A DNA stretch of 63,207 bases, the filler included, from a bacterium (GTDB taxonomy: Bacteria; JAJRZV01), in the NCBI GenBank assembly GCA_024275095.1. It is 8 parts of 8 records of this genome, joined end to end, with 100 filler letters (N's around TTAATTAATTAA, not from the genome) between each part and the next. Parts side by side here need not be neighbours in the genome. Positions count along the whole stretch, not along the records: positions 47,078 to 61,241 come from JAJRZV010000111.1; 7 more parts are not named here. One strand, 5' to 3'. Below, one piece after another: positions 50,473 to 60,898 of this stretch. The stretch's first letter is position 1. Each line of letters opens with the position of its first letter. The translations under genes and the position numbers were made by a program. Under the pieces are notes generated by a model. It saw only the letters and a program-made list of their open reading frames with translations, did no database searches and was not told the DNA's origin.

Positions 50473-51356
50473 ATGATAATAGGTTGAGGCGTAAAGGAAA
50501 GCATTAATACCATCAGTGTGATAAATCCCATCAGGTAATCACGCGGTCGCAGAGGGGCTCCCATTCCGATGGGAGGATGAAAAACACCGAGAACAGCATT
50601 AATGCCTCCCCACACAATCCATCCCGGCCATTGAAATATTCCCAGTAGAAACAATCCGGCGAGAGACATCACTGCTACTGGTCGCGAGAAAGAAGGGTAT
50701 AGTGCTGTGACCACGTGCCCTCCATCCATTTGCCCGATGGGTAGAAGATTCATTGATGTGACCAGGTACCCGATCCAGCCGGCAAAAGCAATAGGATGTA
50801 ACACCACATCCTGGTTTTCAGGAATGCTGCCAATGACAAATTTCGTTATGAGTTTCAATGCAAGAGGCTCTCCAAGGAGAATCCCGTTGCCTGAAAGTGG
50901 CTTCACCTCGGAAAGGTGAAGGCCGATGACAAGAGCAATTGTCTAAAATATGAATCCCGTGAGGGGTCCAGCGAGGCCGATGTATAACAGGGATTTACGG
51001 GAATAAACAGGGTCTTTGATTTTGATGAAAGCACCGAATGTACCCAGGAAAAAAGGAACCGGAATAAAGTAGGGAAGGGTGGAACGCACCCCGTAATATC
51101 GTGCGGCCGTATAGTGTCCGATTTCGTGTGAGCCAAGAATAAGCATGAGAGTGATGGAATATGGCAGTCCCTTTACGAGTTGCCAGGGTTGGGTAAAAAC
51201 ATCCGCTCCTTCAAATACGGCCCCGACGAACGTGGTCGTGAGGAGAGTTAGAAGGGCAAGAATAATGTTTAAGCGATAAGACTCCTTTTTTGGCGCCGGT
51301 TCTCTGTACGTTGTTGTGTAGATGAATTCCTGGTCGTTCACAGAGGTACTCTTCAA
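50469..51356 (-). pseudogene. Site-2 protease (M50) with one in-frame TAG at 50943-50945
   Basis: HEIGH and AGPL in the 5' ORF, NLLPIGQMDGGH in the 3' ORF; same frame (GFIF*TIALVIG). Confidence 0.85.
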
Positions 51357-51359
51357 AAA

Positions 51360-52652
51360 TTACTCTTCGAAACGAATGAGAAGACTTCTCTCATGTGCAT
51401 GGAGCCCTTCCATTCTCGCAATTTCTGCAGCGGGCAGATAGAGTTCGCGCAGTTTTTTACGATTGAAGAAGATGATGTTGGTTGATTTGATGAAGTCGGT
51501 AACAGATAAGCCGGAAGCAAATCGGGCTGTTCCACCCGTAGGAAGCACATGGTTGGAACCTGCCATGTAATCGCCTATCGGCTCCGGAGTCCATTGACCA
51601 ATGAAGATTGTGCCGGCGTTCCGTACCTGTCTGGCCAGTGCTTCTGCTTCAGGATGAATGATTTCAAGATGTTCGGGAGCAATAGCATTTACGATGTCAA
51701 CAGCTTCGTCCCAGTTTTTTACCTCGATGAGGTAATTGTTATGTTTAATGGATATGGAAGCGATCTCGCGTGTTTTAAGCCTGTTGAGCTGGTTGACGAT
51801 TTCATCTCTCACGCTGTTGATAAGGGTGCGTGATGTGGCGATAAGCACGGTTACGGCCATTTCGTCATGTTCTGCCTGCGAAAGGAGGTCCGAGGCGATA
51901 AAGTCCGGTCTTGCAGATTCGTGTGCAAGTACCACGAGCTCCGATGGCCCGGCAAACAGATCTGTACCAACCATGTGGGAGAGCAGATTTTTGGCTGTTG
52001 CGACAAAAATATTGCCTGGACCCACAATTTTGTCCACTTTGGGAATGGAGTTTGTTCCAAATGCCAGTGCTGCTATGGCCTGGGCGCCTCCCACGCGATA
52101 TACCGAGTCAACTCCAGCAATATGCGCAGCGCACAGAACAGCAGGATTTACAGTACCGTCAGGTCCTGGAGGTGTCACCATAATAATTTCTTTTACCCCT
52201 GCGACCCGTGCCGGAATTACGTTCATGAGGACTGTAGAAGGGTATGCCGCCTTTCCACCTGGTACATAAACTCCCACTCTTTTCAGCGGGGTGAATACCT
52301 TTTTCAGGTAATTATTTCCTTCTTTCCACTGGACAAGCTGAGGAGGCATCTGTTTCTCGTGGAATGTTCTTATACGCTGTGCCGCAATTTTAAGAGCGTC
52401 TATCTGGAAGGGCTGGAGCTTTTTGCAGGATTTTTCGATAGCCGCCCTGGAGATTTTGATGTTTCGGCGGTTTAAATTGTAATTATCGTATTTCCGCGTG
52501 AATTCAAACACGGCCTTGTCGCCTTCTTCACGCACCCTTTTGATAATGCGATGTACGCTTTTTTCTACATTGCTTTCAATGGTGAAAGAGCGATTAGTTA
52601 TGGAGTTCAGCGTTCTTTTGAAGGTACGATCTCCCGTGCGCAGTATTTTCAT
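51360..52652 (-). CDS. hisD: Histidinol dehydrogenase
   Basis: GVYVPGGKAAYPSTV, KIVGPGN, AGPSE, LSQAEHD, APEHLE, GSNHVLPT. Confidence 0.97.
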   Translation of the reverse strand: MKILRTGDRTFKRTLNSITNRSFTIESNVEKSVHRIIKRVREEGDKAVFEFTRKYDNYNLNRRNIKISRAAIEKSCKKLQPFQIDALKIAAQRIRTFHEKQMPPQLVQWKEGNNYLKKVFTPLKRVGVYVPGGKAAYPSTVLMNVIPARVAGVKEIIMVTPPGPDGTVNPAVLCAAHIAGVDSVYRVGGAQAIAALAFGTNSIPKVDKIVGPGNIFVATAKNLLSHMVGTDLFAGPSELVVLAHESARPDFIASDLLSQAEHDEMAVTVLIATSRTLINSVRDEIVNQLNRLKTREIASISIKHNNYLIEVKNWDEAVDIVNAIAPEHLEIIHPEAEALARQVRNAGTIFIGQWTPEPIGDYMAGSNHVLPTGGTARFASGLSVTDFIKSTNIIFFNRKKLRELYLPAAEIARMEGLHAHERSLLIRFEE

Positions 52653-53278
52653 TTGATCACCTTTTTCAACCTGCAAATTATTTCCTTTACCGCCGAATAT
52701 TTCACCCGGAGAGATGCTCTGTTAGCGCACAGGTAAGACGTGACAGGAAACCATTTTTTTACAACGACGAGATTGTTTTCACGAAGTGTAGCACCCGTGG
52801 ACATGAGGTCGGCAATGTATTCGCTGAGCCCTGCACGTGGCGCTACTTCTGTGGAGCCGTAAAGCGTGATAATTTCTCCTCGCAGGGACTGACTGTGCAG
52901 AATTTTTTCCGTAATCCGTGGGTACTTTGTCGCCACTCGCATGTACCCGCTGAGCGGGGGAAAAGGTGTGTTTTCAGGGGCAGCAAATACAAACCAGGCG
53001 AGTCCGATGTTAAGGTTGAGAATGATGTCAACATCAGGTTCCATCTCCCGGAGCAGATCTTCCCCGATGACTCCAAGATCTGCAGCACCTTTTTCCACGA
53101 ACACCGGAATATCGCGAGGTTTAAGAGGCATAAAAACGATATTTCCATCCTTCAGATAAAGACTCCGAGAGTTAAGTACGGAAGTGTTTTTGAACAGTTG
53201 TGCACGTTGCAGGATTTCCACAACAGGTTCCATCATTCGTCCTTTGGGTATGGCACATATGAGCTGTTTTTCACTCAC
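52649..53278 (-). CDS. hisG: ATP phosphoribosyltransferase, short form
   Basis: AIPKGR, ADLGVIGED, VATKYP, GSTEVAP..G, STGATLRENNL; 209 aa. Confidence 0.95.
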   Translation of the reverse strand: MSEKQLICAIPKGRMMEPVVEILQRAQLFKNTSVLNSRSLYLKDGNIVFMPLKPRDIPVFVEKGAADLGVIGEDLLREMEPDVDIILNLNIGLAWFVFAAPENTPFPPLSGYMRVATKYPRITEKILHSQSLRGEIITLYGSTEVAPRAGLSEYIADLMSTGATLRENNLVVVKKWFPVTSYLCANRASLRVKYSAVKEIICRLKKVIK

Positions 53279-54572
53279 TTTTTATTTTCCTCTCTATACG
53301 CGCGCCTACAGATTGTAGTTTATTTTCCAATTTTTCATAACCCCTGTCGAGATGACCCACCTCATATATAACACTTTCCCCTTCAGCAACAAGGCCTGCG
53401 AGAACAAGCGATGCACTGGCCCTTAAATCTGTTGCGGTGACAGGGGCCCCCGTGAGACGTTTCACGCCCTTGATGAATGCAGTGGTGCCTTCAACATCGA
53501 TTTGGGCACCCATGCGGACAAGTTCCGGTACGTACTGGAAACGATTTTCAAATATGGTTTCATGGATGATACTTTCACCATCAGCCAGTGAAAGTAATAC
53601 GGCAAACTGGGCCTGCATATCCGTAGGGAATCCGGGGTAAGGTGCGGTTTTAATAGATGCTGGACGAGGCTGCGATGAACGCCATACGGTTATGGTTTTG
53701 TCTCCGAGTTCCAGCTCCACCCCGGCCGTTCGCAGTTTGTCCAGAACGGCAGAGAGATGTTCAGGAACCAATCCTTCTACCCTCAACGGTTCGCCTGCCA
53801 GTGCTCCTGCGACAAGTAGTGTACCTGCCTCTATGCGGTCAGGCATGAGATGCCATTCTGAAGGAGGTGAAAGAGTATTTACGCCTTTTATGTGAAGAAT
53901 GTCCGTACCAATACCTTCAATAATGGCACCACACGCGCGTAAAAATTCGCACAACTCCACGACTTCCGGTTCTCGTGCTGCATTTTCTATCACTGTTTCA
54001 CCTTCCGCCAGGACCGCTGCCATAACAAGATTTTCCGTGCCTGTGACCGTTGCGAAATCCAGGACAATGTGAGCACCTTTTAGTCGCCTTGCACGTGCAA
54101 TGATATTACCTTTTTCCAGAGATATTGTTGCTCCGAGTGCCTGAAGCCCTTTGATGTGGAGATCCACGGGACGCGTGCCTATTGAACATCCACCTGGCAA
54201 CGCCACAACAGCCGTTCCACGCCTGGCCGTAAGAGGACCCAACACAAGAATAGACGCGCGCATTTTTTTTACCAGCTCATACGGTGCTTCTGCTGCTCCG
54301 TTATTACCGGGTACAAGAGTGAGTATGGTGTTGTTTTTTTCTGCTCTGATTCCGAGGACCCGGAGGAGTTCCATCATGGTTTTGACGTCGCCGAGATCAG
54401 GTACGTTGTGTACGACAAAGGGCTTATCAAAGAGTATGGAAGCTGCCATCAGTGGTAGCGCGGCATTTTTTGCTCCACTGACTCGAACTGTACCCCTGAG
54501 AGGCTGACCCCCGTATATAATCAGCACTTCTTCAGGGGGCCCTGGCAACGATGACACGTTCTTTGCCACCAT
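53271..54572 (-). CDS. murA: UDP-N-acetylglucosamine 1-carboxyvinyltransferase
   Basis: SGAKNAALP, MRAS, LPGGCSIGTRPVDLH, PGFPTDMQAQ, TDLRASA. Confidence 0.98.
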   Translation of the reverse strand: MVAKNVSSLPGPPEEVLIIYGGQPLRGTVRVSGAKNAALPLMAASILFDKPFVVHNVPDLGDVKTMMELLRVLGIRAEKNNTILTLVPGNNGAAEAPYELVKKMRASILVLGPLTARRGTAVVALPGGCSIGTRPVDLHIKGLQALGATISLEKGNIIARARRLKGAHIVLDFATVTGTENLVMAAVLAEGETVIENAAREPEVVELCEFLRACGAIIEGIGTDILHIKGVNTLSPPSEWHLMPDRIEAGTLLVAGALAGEPLRVEGLVPEHLSAVLDKLRTAGVELELGDKTITVWRSSQPRPASIKTAPYPGFPTDMQAQFAVLLSLADGESIIHETIFENRFQYVPELVRMGAQIDVEGTTAFIKGVKRLTGAPVTATDLRASASLVLAGLVAEGESVIYEVGHLDRGYEKLENKLQSVGARIERKIKSE

Positions 54573-55380
54573 AATCTTTCACTGAATATGCCACCTTAAA
54601 CCATCTTCTGCAACTCTGGAGTATATGTCTCGCATGAGCTGGAGCTGTTTCCACCACTACCCATCCATCTGGACAAAGTTTTTCTCGAGAAGATTGCAAA
54701 AGGTCAATGGTAAATTCGTGTCCCTCAGGCCCGCCGATTAGCGCCTCGGCCGGCTCGAAGTTCTTTACTTCTGGAGGAAGTTGAGACCACTCATTTTCTC
54801 CTACGTAAGGGGGATTGCACACCACTAACGGAATGCTTCGATTTTTGAAAGGGCTTAGAGAATCTGCCTGGAGGAATAAGACACGGGATAAGACCCCGTT
54901 CCGGATAGCGTTGTATCGTGAAATGTGAAGGGCGTGTGCAGAAACATCTTCTGCCACACATTTCAGATGAGGAAGGTGTGTGAGAATAGAGATGAATACA
55001 GCTCCAGAACCGCATCCCACTTCTACGAAGAATCCAATGGGATGTTTTTTTATAACTTTGAGTACAGTTTCCACCAGCACTTCTGTTTCAGGACGAGGTA
55101 TGAGCACGCCCTCATCTACTCGAAATTTGAGAGAATAAAATTCAACGCTACCCGTAATGTATTGAAGCGGATATCGAGATGCGCGAAGGTTCACAAGATA
55201 GAGAACACGTGTTTCTGCCTCCTTGTCAATAAGTAATTCCGGATGCGAGAGAATGTATTCTTTGCTTGATCCAGTGGCATGAGCCAGGAGTAGAAGGGCT
55301 TCCGACCGCGCATTCGATATTCCCGATTCTCGAAGTATGCACGCGGCTTTTTCGAGAACCTGTGCTAACGTGCTTCTCAC
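54532..55380 (-). CDS. prmC: Release factor glutamine methyltransferase
   Basis: PLQYI.G, VLIPRPETE, GCGSG, NPPY; follows prfA; start (GTG 55380) inferred. Confidence 0.93.
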   Translation of the reverse strand: MRSTLAQVLEKAACILRESGISNARSEALLLLAHATGSSKEYILSHPELLIDKEAETRVLYLVNLRASRYPLQYITGSVEFYSLKFRVDEGVLIPRPETEVLVETVLKVIKKHPIGFFVEVGCGSGAVFISILTHLPHLKCVAEDVSAHALHISRYNAIRNGVLSRVLFLQADSLSPFKNRSIPLVVCNPPYVGENEWSQLPPEVKNFEPAEALIGGPEGHEFTIDLLQSSREKLCPDGWVVVETAPAHARHILQSCRRWFKVAYSVKDYGGKERVIVARAP

Positions 55381-55381
55381 A

Positions 55382-56446
55382 TTACAATTCCTCGCTGGCC
55401 TTTTCTGCTTCCCATAGCGTGAGCGCATCAATGATGGTATCCAGCTCGCCGTCCATTACCCGGTCAAGCTGTTTAAGGGTAAGGTTGACGCGGTGATCTG
55501 TTACCCGATTCTGCGGAAAATTATATGTACGGATTTTTTCAGAACGTTCACCTGTTCCCACCTGTGAACGTCGCAAACTGTCAATTTTTTTCTTTTGTTC
55601 TTCCTTGCGCATTTGGAGCAGCTTCGCTCGCAGGATGGACATGGCGCGAGCGCGGTTCTTGTGTTGGGAACGCTCGTCCTGGCATGTGACCACAATACCG
55701 GTTGGTATATGTGTAATGCGGACAGCGGAGTCGGTCACGTTTACATGTTGTCCCCCTGGCCCGGATGCGCGGAATGTCTCGATTTTCAGATCAGAGGGGT
55801 TGATTTTCACTTCCACCTCTTCCGCTTCAGGCAGTACAGCCACCGTTGCTGTGGAGGTGTGAATTCGTCCACCGGATTCGGTTACCGGTATGCGTTGTAC
55901 TCTGTGTACACCACTTTCGTGACGCAAAAGTCCATACGCTCCGGGGCCGCGTATTGCACAAATAATTTCTTTAAATCCACCGAGTTCACTTTCATGATGT
56001 GAAAGAATTTCTACCTTGAGGCCTTTGTTTTCTGCAAAGCGTGAATACATCCGGAAAAGGTCAGCGGCGAAGAGTGCAGCTTCTTCTCCCCCTGTACCGG
56101 CGCGGATCTCCAGTATGGCATCACGATTGTTTTCTTCGTCACCTATAAGCAGCATCTGTTTTACTTCGTTTTCCAGGTGTTTCAGCCGTTCTTCTATTTC
56201 CCGAAGCTCCTGACGGGCTATTTCCTGAAGTTCAGCGTCATCTTCGTTGCGAATGATTTCCCTGAGTTCTTTCGCTTGGTTGCTCAGATTGTCCATGAGT
56301 TGATACTTTTCTGCATACGGCTCTATCTTTTTCAGCTCTTTATGAATTTCAGCAGCCTTTTGATAATCAGAGGCTATTTCTGGGGAATGGAGTTGTGATG
56401 AGAGTTCCTGGTATTTTTCAAAAAGTTGACGCAAACGCTCCTTCAT
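55382..56446 (-). CDS. prfA: Peptide chain release factor 1
   Basis: GTGGEEA, RIPVTE (PxT), GGQ, RTYNFPQNRVTDHR. Confidence 0.98.
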   Translation of the reverse strand: MKERLRQLFEKYQELSSQLHSPEIASDYQKAAEIHKELKKIEPYAEKYQLMDNLSNQAKELREIIRNEDDAELQEIARQELREIEERLKHLENEVKQMLLIGDEENNRDAILEIRAGTGGEEAALFAADLFRMYSRFAENKGLKVEILSHHESELGGFKEIICAIRGPGAYGLLRHESGVHRVQRIPVTESGGRIHTSTATVAVLPEAEEVEVKINPSDLKIETFRASGPGGQHVNVTDSAVRITHIPTGIVVTCQDERSQHKNRARAMSILRAKLLQMRKEEQKKKIDSLRRSQVGTGERSEKIRTYNFPQNRVTDHRVNLTLKQLDRVMDGELDTIIDALTLWEAEKASEEL

Positions 56447-56488
56447 CTGCGGAGCTCCACCACAAATATTGTAATGCTTGAAAGAATT

Positions 56489-56689
56489 CTACTTGAGGCC
56501 GTATTTCTTTTTAAATTTTTTGATGCGGCCTTCCGTATCAAGTAATTTCTCTTTTCCGGTGAAGAATGGATGACATGCAGAGCATATTTCAATTGTATAG
56601 CTTCCCTTTGTGGAGAGGGTATGATACTCCGCACCACATGCACATCGGATAACTGCTTCTTTGAGTTCAGGATGAATACCTTTTTTCAT
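56489..56689 (-). CDS. rpmE: 50S ribosomal protein L31 (zinc-binding form)
   Basis: [29 protein letters not shown]. Confidence 0.97.
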   Translation of the reverse strand: MKKGIHPELKEAVIRCACGAEYHTLSTKGSYTIEICSACHPFFTGKEKLLDTEGRIKKFKKKYGLK

Positions 56690-56933
56690 TTTTCACCCTC
56701 CGGTATTGGCGAAGAGTTTATACAAAGGCTTGCTAATTTGCAACTCATGCTCGCGAAAAGACCCCGAAGTTCCTTGCAATAGTTTCAGTATGAAATTCTT
56801 AACCAAAGGTCGTTGTGAAGACTTTTTGTAGATTTAATCAAGGCCTGTTTTCCTGGTTAATTTTTAAAAAAGTCGACTCCCGGAGTTGTTGAAATTGTGA
56901 GAAATTTAAGGAAAAGGTGGTAATATAACAGCC

Positions 56934-58166
56934 ATGAAAAAATTGTTTTTCCTGATTTTCTGCGGAACCGTATTTGTCTGCGGATGCTCTTCGAGTAACT
57001 GTTCCAGCATAACCATCGTTAAAGGTCCTTACGTGCTTTATCCTTCCGAAAGGGGTGCCGAAATCCGGTGGGAAAGTCTGGAAAAAGGCTGTGCTGGAGT
57101 GGTGGTCGTCGATCCAGCAACAGGAGAGAAGAAAACATTTCATGGCGATGTTTCACGTTACACCATGGCTGAAGCCTGGGAACGACAATTTGAAATGGAA
57201 AACCATTCCATGACTTTTTTTGACTACGTGGTGAAAGTTGAGGGGCTGGATGCCGGGAAGCGGTATATGTATACAATTAAAGGTGACGGGTCCAACAACA
57301 CCTACTCTTTCCGCACTGCTCCCCCCGAGGGAGCAACGTTTACATTCGCTGTTATCGGTGATAGTGCCAACTTCGGAGAGGGTTTTGAAGGTAACATGAC
57401 CGTGCTCGCCAGGTTCAAACCCGACATTCTCATACATACCGGAGACCTCCAATATTACAGCCACGTGCTGGACTCCTGGATTAAATTTTTTGATGGTTAC
57501 GCGCCTGTTTTCTCAGTGGCTGCATTCCTGCCTGTCAGGGGCAATCACGAGGACGAACTTGAGGGTGAGCTGGAGAGATATTTCAACCGTTTTTTTCGAT
57601 ATCCAGGCAGTGGCACCACACCTTACAATTACGCTGTTCAGTACGGAAGCGGCCTGTTCATAACCCTGGACTCAGAGGCAAGAGGAACGCTTTTCGACGT
57701 GCAGTCGAGGTGGCTTTCTTCGGTAATAGATGAATTCAATTCGCGAGTAACGGACGGTTTTATCGTTGTCTCTTTTCACAGACCCCCCTATACCCTTGCA
57801 CTACATGCCCCTGATCTGGACATTATCCACAAGTTTGTGCCCGTCTTTCAGTCCAAGGGTGTAAATTTGGTCCTTACCGGTCATAATCACGTGTACGAAA
57901 GATTTGAAATAGGTGGCATCACCTACATCGTCACCGGCGGCGGTGGTGCAATGCTGTACAATGTCAACGAACAAATAGAAAAGAAAGAAGCAGGTGAACT
58001 GTCCGGTGAAACCCTGGAGGTCGTTGACGAAATATACCCCTTGCGGGTCACAGGCGTCAGTACCTACCACACAGTTGTGTTTGAAGTGGGCAATGGTACT
58101 GTGCACGGCCGCGCTGTTGATTATCGTGGCAACGTTCTGGACGAATTCGAAATATCTTTCCCGTGA
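56934..58166 (+). CDS. Purple acid phosphatase-like metallophosphoesterase, lipoprotein
   Basis: VCGC lipobox, FN3-like N-domain, GD, TGDLQY, GNHE, HRPPY, GHNHVYER. Confidence 0.9.
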   Translation: MKKLFFLIFCGTVFVCGCSSSNCSSITIVKGPYVLYPSERGAEIRWESLEKGCAGVVVVDPATGEKKTFHGDVSRYTMAEAWERQFEMENHSMTFFDYVVKVEGLDAGKRYMYTIKGDGSNNTYSFRTAPPEGATFTFAVIGDSANFGEGFEGNMTVLARFKPDILIHTGDLQYYSHVLDSWIKFFDGYAPVFSVAAFLPVRGNHEDELEGELERYFNRFFRYPGSGTTPYNYAVQYGSGLFITLDSEARGTLFDVQSRWLSSVIDEFNSRVTDGFIVVSFHRPPYTLALHAPDLDIIHKFVPVFQSKGVNLVLTGHNHVYERFEIGGITYIVTGGGGAMLYNVNEQIEKKEAGELSGETLEVVDEIYPLRVTGVSTYHTVVFEVGNGTVHGRAVDYRGNVLDEFEISFP

Positions 58167-58181
58167 ACCAGCGAGCCTGAG

Positions 58182-59282
58182 GTGCAAGAATTTAACAGTA
58201 ACAAATGGGCGTGGTATCTGCTGGGAGGATTTGTGTTTTTCACACCTTTTTCGCTCGCCATATCCGACGTGTTCCTGGCATGCAGTGTTATTTTTTATTT
58301 GTGGTTGCGCTTTAAAAAAGATCGTACTGTCTCGCCCCATATTACACCTGTGAGGTCATTTTTATTTTTTCTTACAGCAGCCCTTATCTCTGCTTTGCTC
58401 TCCGTGGACCGGTGGCACAGTCTCGTTTCGCTCAAGGAACTGAGGCCCTTTTTTATATTGTTAATCCTGCCTTTTCTCAGCAACAGCGATGAATCCAGAA
58501 AAATGTTTTTATATCCCGTGGGGCTGTTTGGAATATTCATATCACTTATCTGCACCTTGTATTTTCTGTTTCCAGGTATACCTGTATTTAGGGGCAAGTT
58601 CGTCAGCGGAAGTCACCTTACTCTCATGTCCATGCAGACAATAATATTTGCAGTTCCTGCCCTTGTGGTATTCAGCACCACGAGGTGGCGCCTCGTATCG
58701 ACACTTGGAGTGATCTTCCTTTCCAGCATAGCGTTTCTTGATGCAAACATACCGCTCTTTATGGTCATAGCGGCAGCGTCTCTTCTGAGCTTCATTCTCA
58801 ACGGTAAAGCAAGACGTCACGAACTCTGGATTATACCCCTATGCATTGCAGTGCTTTTTGCACTCACAGGAAGACATTCTGACAATTTTTTGCTCCATCT
58901 CCTCCCAGGGTTTCACAGCGGTCTTATTCAGGAAGCGCGTTCACTAAGCGGTACAGAACCGGTGTTCGGAGCAGGTTACAATGCCTTCAGTGTCATGAAT
59001 TCACTGGCAGAAAAGAGAGCCTTCTCTGATTTCATCACAGCTTATGTGAACATGGGGATGGTCGGAGCCACAGCTTTTATTGTGTTTCTTTTAGACCTCA
59101 TGCTTCTCGCATTTCGTGCTCATCAGGTGAAACGGGGGATAGGTACCTCTTCGCTCATTTTCTTTCTCCTCTACTTTGTCCTTGCCGCATTCAATCCCAT
59201 GTTCTTTACACCACACGGATTGAGGCTTATGACCGCGTACTGGTGTCAATCTGAAATTATCAAGAATAATATAAAAAGCTAA
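58182..59282 (+). CDS. Polytopic membrane protein, O-antigen ligase/polymerase-like (divergent)
   Basis: About ten hydrophobic segments; PVFGAGYNAF and ...NMGMVG resemble the Wzy_C region. Confidence 0.6.
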   Translation: MQEFNSNKWAWYLLGGFVFFTPFSLAISDVFLACSVIFYLWLRFKKDRTVSPHITPVRSFLFFLTAALISALLSVDRWHSLVSLKELRPFFILLILPFLSNSDESRKMFLYPVGLFGIFISLICTLYFLFPGIPVFRGKFVSGSHLTLMSMQTIIFAVPALVVFSTTRWRLVSTLGVIFLSSIAFLDANIPLFMVIAAASLLSFILNGKARRHELWIIPLCIAVLFALTGRHSDNFLLHLLPGFHSGLIQEARSLSGTEPVFGAGYNAFSVMNSLAEKRAFSDFITAYVNMGMVGATAFIVFLLDLMLLAFRAHQVKRGIGTSSLIFFLLYFVLAAFNPMFFTPHGLRLMTAYWCQSEIIKNNIKS

Positions 59283-59407
59283 CTTTCGCATCCTCAGCAT
59301 TTTCCTTTTGCAGGATATTCCCGGACCAGTATTGTTGGTTCTACTTGCAAAAAAGATATGAAATGAATTAGATTTAAGTTGCATTTTAACGAAGTCAAGC
59401 GGGGGAG

Positions 59408-60832
59408 TTGAGTATTCAAAAAAACAGAAAGAAGGACCTGTGTAAAAACACAGGTTCTACCGGAGGATATCCTCTCGATATCTTTGCAGCTTCCCCTATA
59501 GGTATATATATTGCAGTAAGAGGCCGATTCGTATTCGTTAACCCCCGTTTCCAAACGCTGACCGGATACTCCGAAGAAGAACTTCTTGGTCGTTATACTC
59601 TTGACCTTGTGATTCCTCCGGATCGGGCCTTGGTAAGGGAAAAGGCGATTCAGATGCTCCGTGGAACTTTAAAAAATCCTTACGAATACCGGATAAGAGA
59701 CAAAAAAGGCAACATTCGCTGGATTCTGGAGACAGTCACATCCATCGACTATCAGGGCCAAAAAGCCACCATGGGCAACTTTATGGATGTGACCGAACGC
59801 AAGCAGGTGGAGGAAGCTTACAGAGAATCAGAAGAAAGATACAGACGGCTGGTAAATATGCTTCCTGATGCCGTGGCCGTTCACACTGACGGTCGTATTG
59901 TTTATGTGAACGAACACGGAGTTAAACTCTGCGGGGTAAAAAATGCAGATGAAATTATTGGCAGGAATTTCCTCGAGTTTGTTCATCCAGACTACCACAA
60001 GATTGTTAAAGAACGCGTTAAGGCGATGAAAGAGGGCAGGGGAGCCCCTCTTATTGAAGAAAAATTTGTCAGAGCTGACGGTAGTGTGGTTGACGTAGAA
60101 GTGGCAGCTGTTCCACTCAACTATAGCGGTAAACTCTCGTTTCTGGTGGTCATAAGGGATATAACAGAAAGAAAACGTGCTGAAAGAGAGCTTCAGAACA
60201 GCTTCAGAAGACTTGAAAATATTATTAATGGTACCATCACGGCCATGGCGAAAATTGTGGAAACCAAGGATCCTTATACTGCCGGGCATCACCGGCGTGT
60301 GGCGCGCCTTGCTACTGCCATTGCACGTGAAATGAATGTGGATGAAGAAATAATCAACGGTATAAAAATGGCAGCGCTTGTTCACGACATTGGCAAAATT
60401 AATATACCCGCTGAAATTCTGAGCAAGCCTGGTCGATTGAGTGAAATAGAGATGGAAATTATTAAAACTCATCCATTACATGGATATGAAATTCTCAAAT
60501 TTATTGATTTTCCCTGGCCGGTGGCAGAAATTGTACTCCAGCACCATGAATTGCTGGATGGGTCAGGGTATCCCTATGGTCTCAAAAAGGATGAGATACG
60601 ACTGGAAGCGCGGATACTCACAGTAGCGGATATCGTGGAAGCAATATCATCCCACAGACCTTACAGACCTTCATGGGGTCTGGAAATCGCTCTTGAGGAA
60701 GTCATGGAAGGATGTGGTCGTCTTTATGACACTGACGTAGTAGAGGCCTGTCGCAGTCTCCTTCAAAAGAAGGATTTTGTTCTGAACGGCGACAGTGAAC
60801 CCTGGGAATCTTCGAAGGCTGGCCTCCTCTAA
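59408..60832 (+). CDS. PAS-PAS-HD-GYP cyclic-dinucleotide phosphodiesterase
   Basis: Two PAS/PAC domains (DVTERK, DITERK); KDPYTAGH, HDIGK, HHE..DGSGYP, RPYR. Confidence 0.93.
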   Translation: MSIQKNRKKDLCKNTGSTGGYPLDIFAASPIGIYIAVRGRFVFVNPRFQTLTGYSEEELLGRYTLDLVIPPDRALVREKAIQMLRGTLKNPYEYRIRDKKGNIRWILETVTSIDYQGQKATMGNFMDVTERKQVEEAYRESEERYRRLVNMLPDAVAVHTDGRIVYVNEHGVKLCGVKNADEIIGRNFLEFVHPDYHKIVKERVKAMKEGRGAPLIEEKFVRADGSVVDVEVAAVPLNYSGKLSFLVVIRDITERKRAERELQNSFRRLENIINGTITAMAKIVETKDPYTAGHHRRVARLATAIAREMNVDEEIINGIKMAALVHDIGKINIPAEILSKPGRLSEIEMEIIKTHPLHGYEILKFIDFPWPVAEIVLQHHELLDGSGYPYGLKKDEIRLEARILTVADIVEAISSHRPYRPSWGLEIALEEVMEGCGRLYDTDVVEACRSLLQKKDFVLNGDSEPWESSKAGLL

Positions 60833-60833
60833 T

Positions 60834-60883
60834 CGGGGTCTGGTTTCAACATTGAACATTCGGGGTTTAATGCCAAGGTTTTA
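60834..60883 (+). repeat. Diverged copy of the CGGGGTCTGGTCTC repeat
   Basis: CGGGGTCTGGTTTCAACATTGAACATTCGGGGTTTAATGCCAAGGTTTTA aligns with 42292-42341. Confidence 0.8.
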
Positions 60884-60898
60884 TGTGTAGCTGGTGAG

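Noticed and set aside
18860..50945. TAG recoding (pyrrolysine or genetic code 15) to explain three in-frame TAG codons
   Set aside because: In-frame TAA and TGA also occur; TAG ends normal genes (gspG, the ferredoxin, 21003); RF1 is intact with PVT and GGQ; no pyl genes in the window
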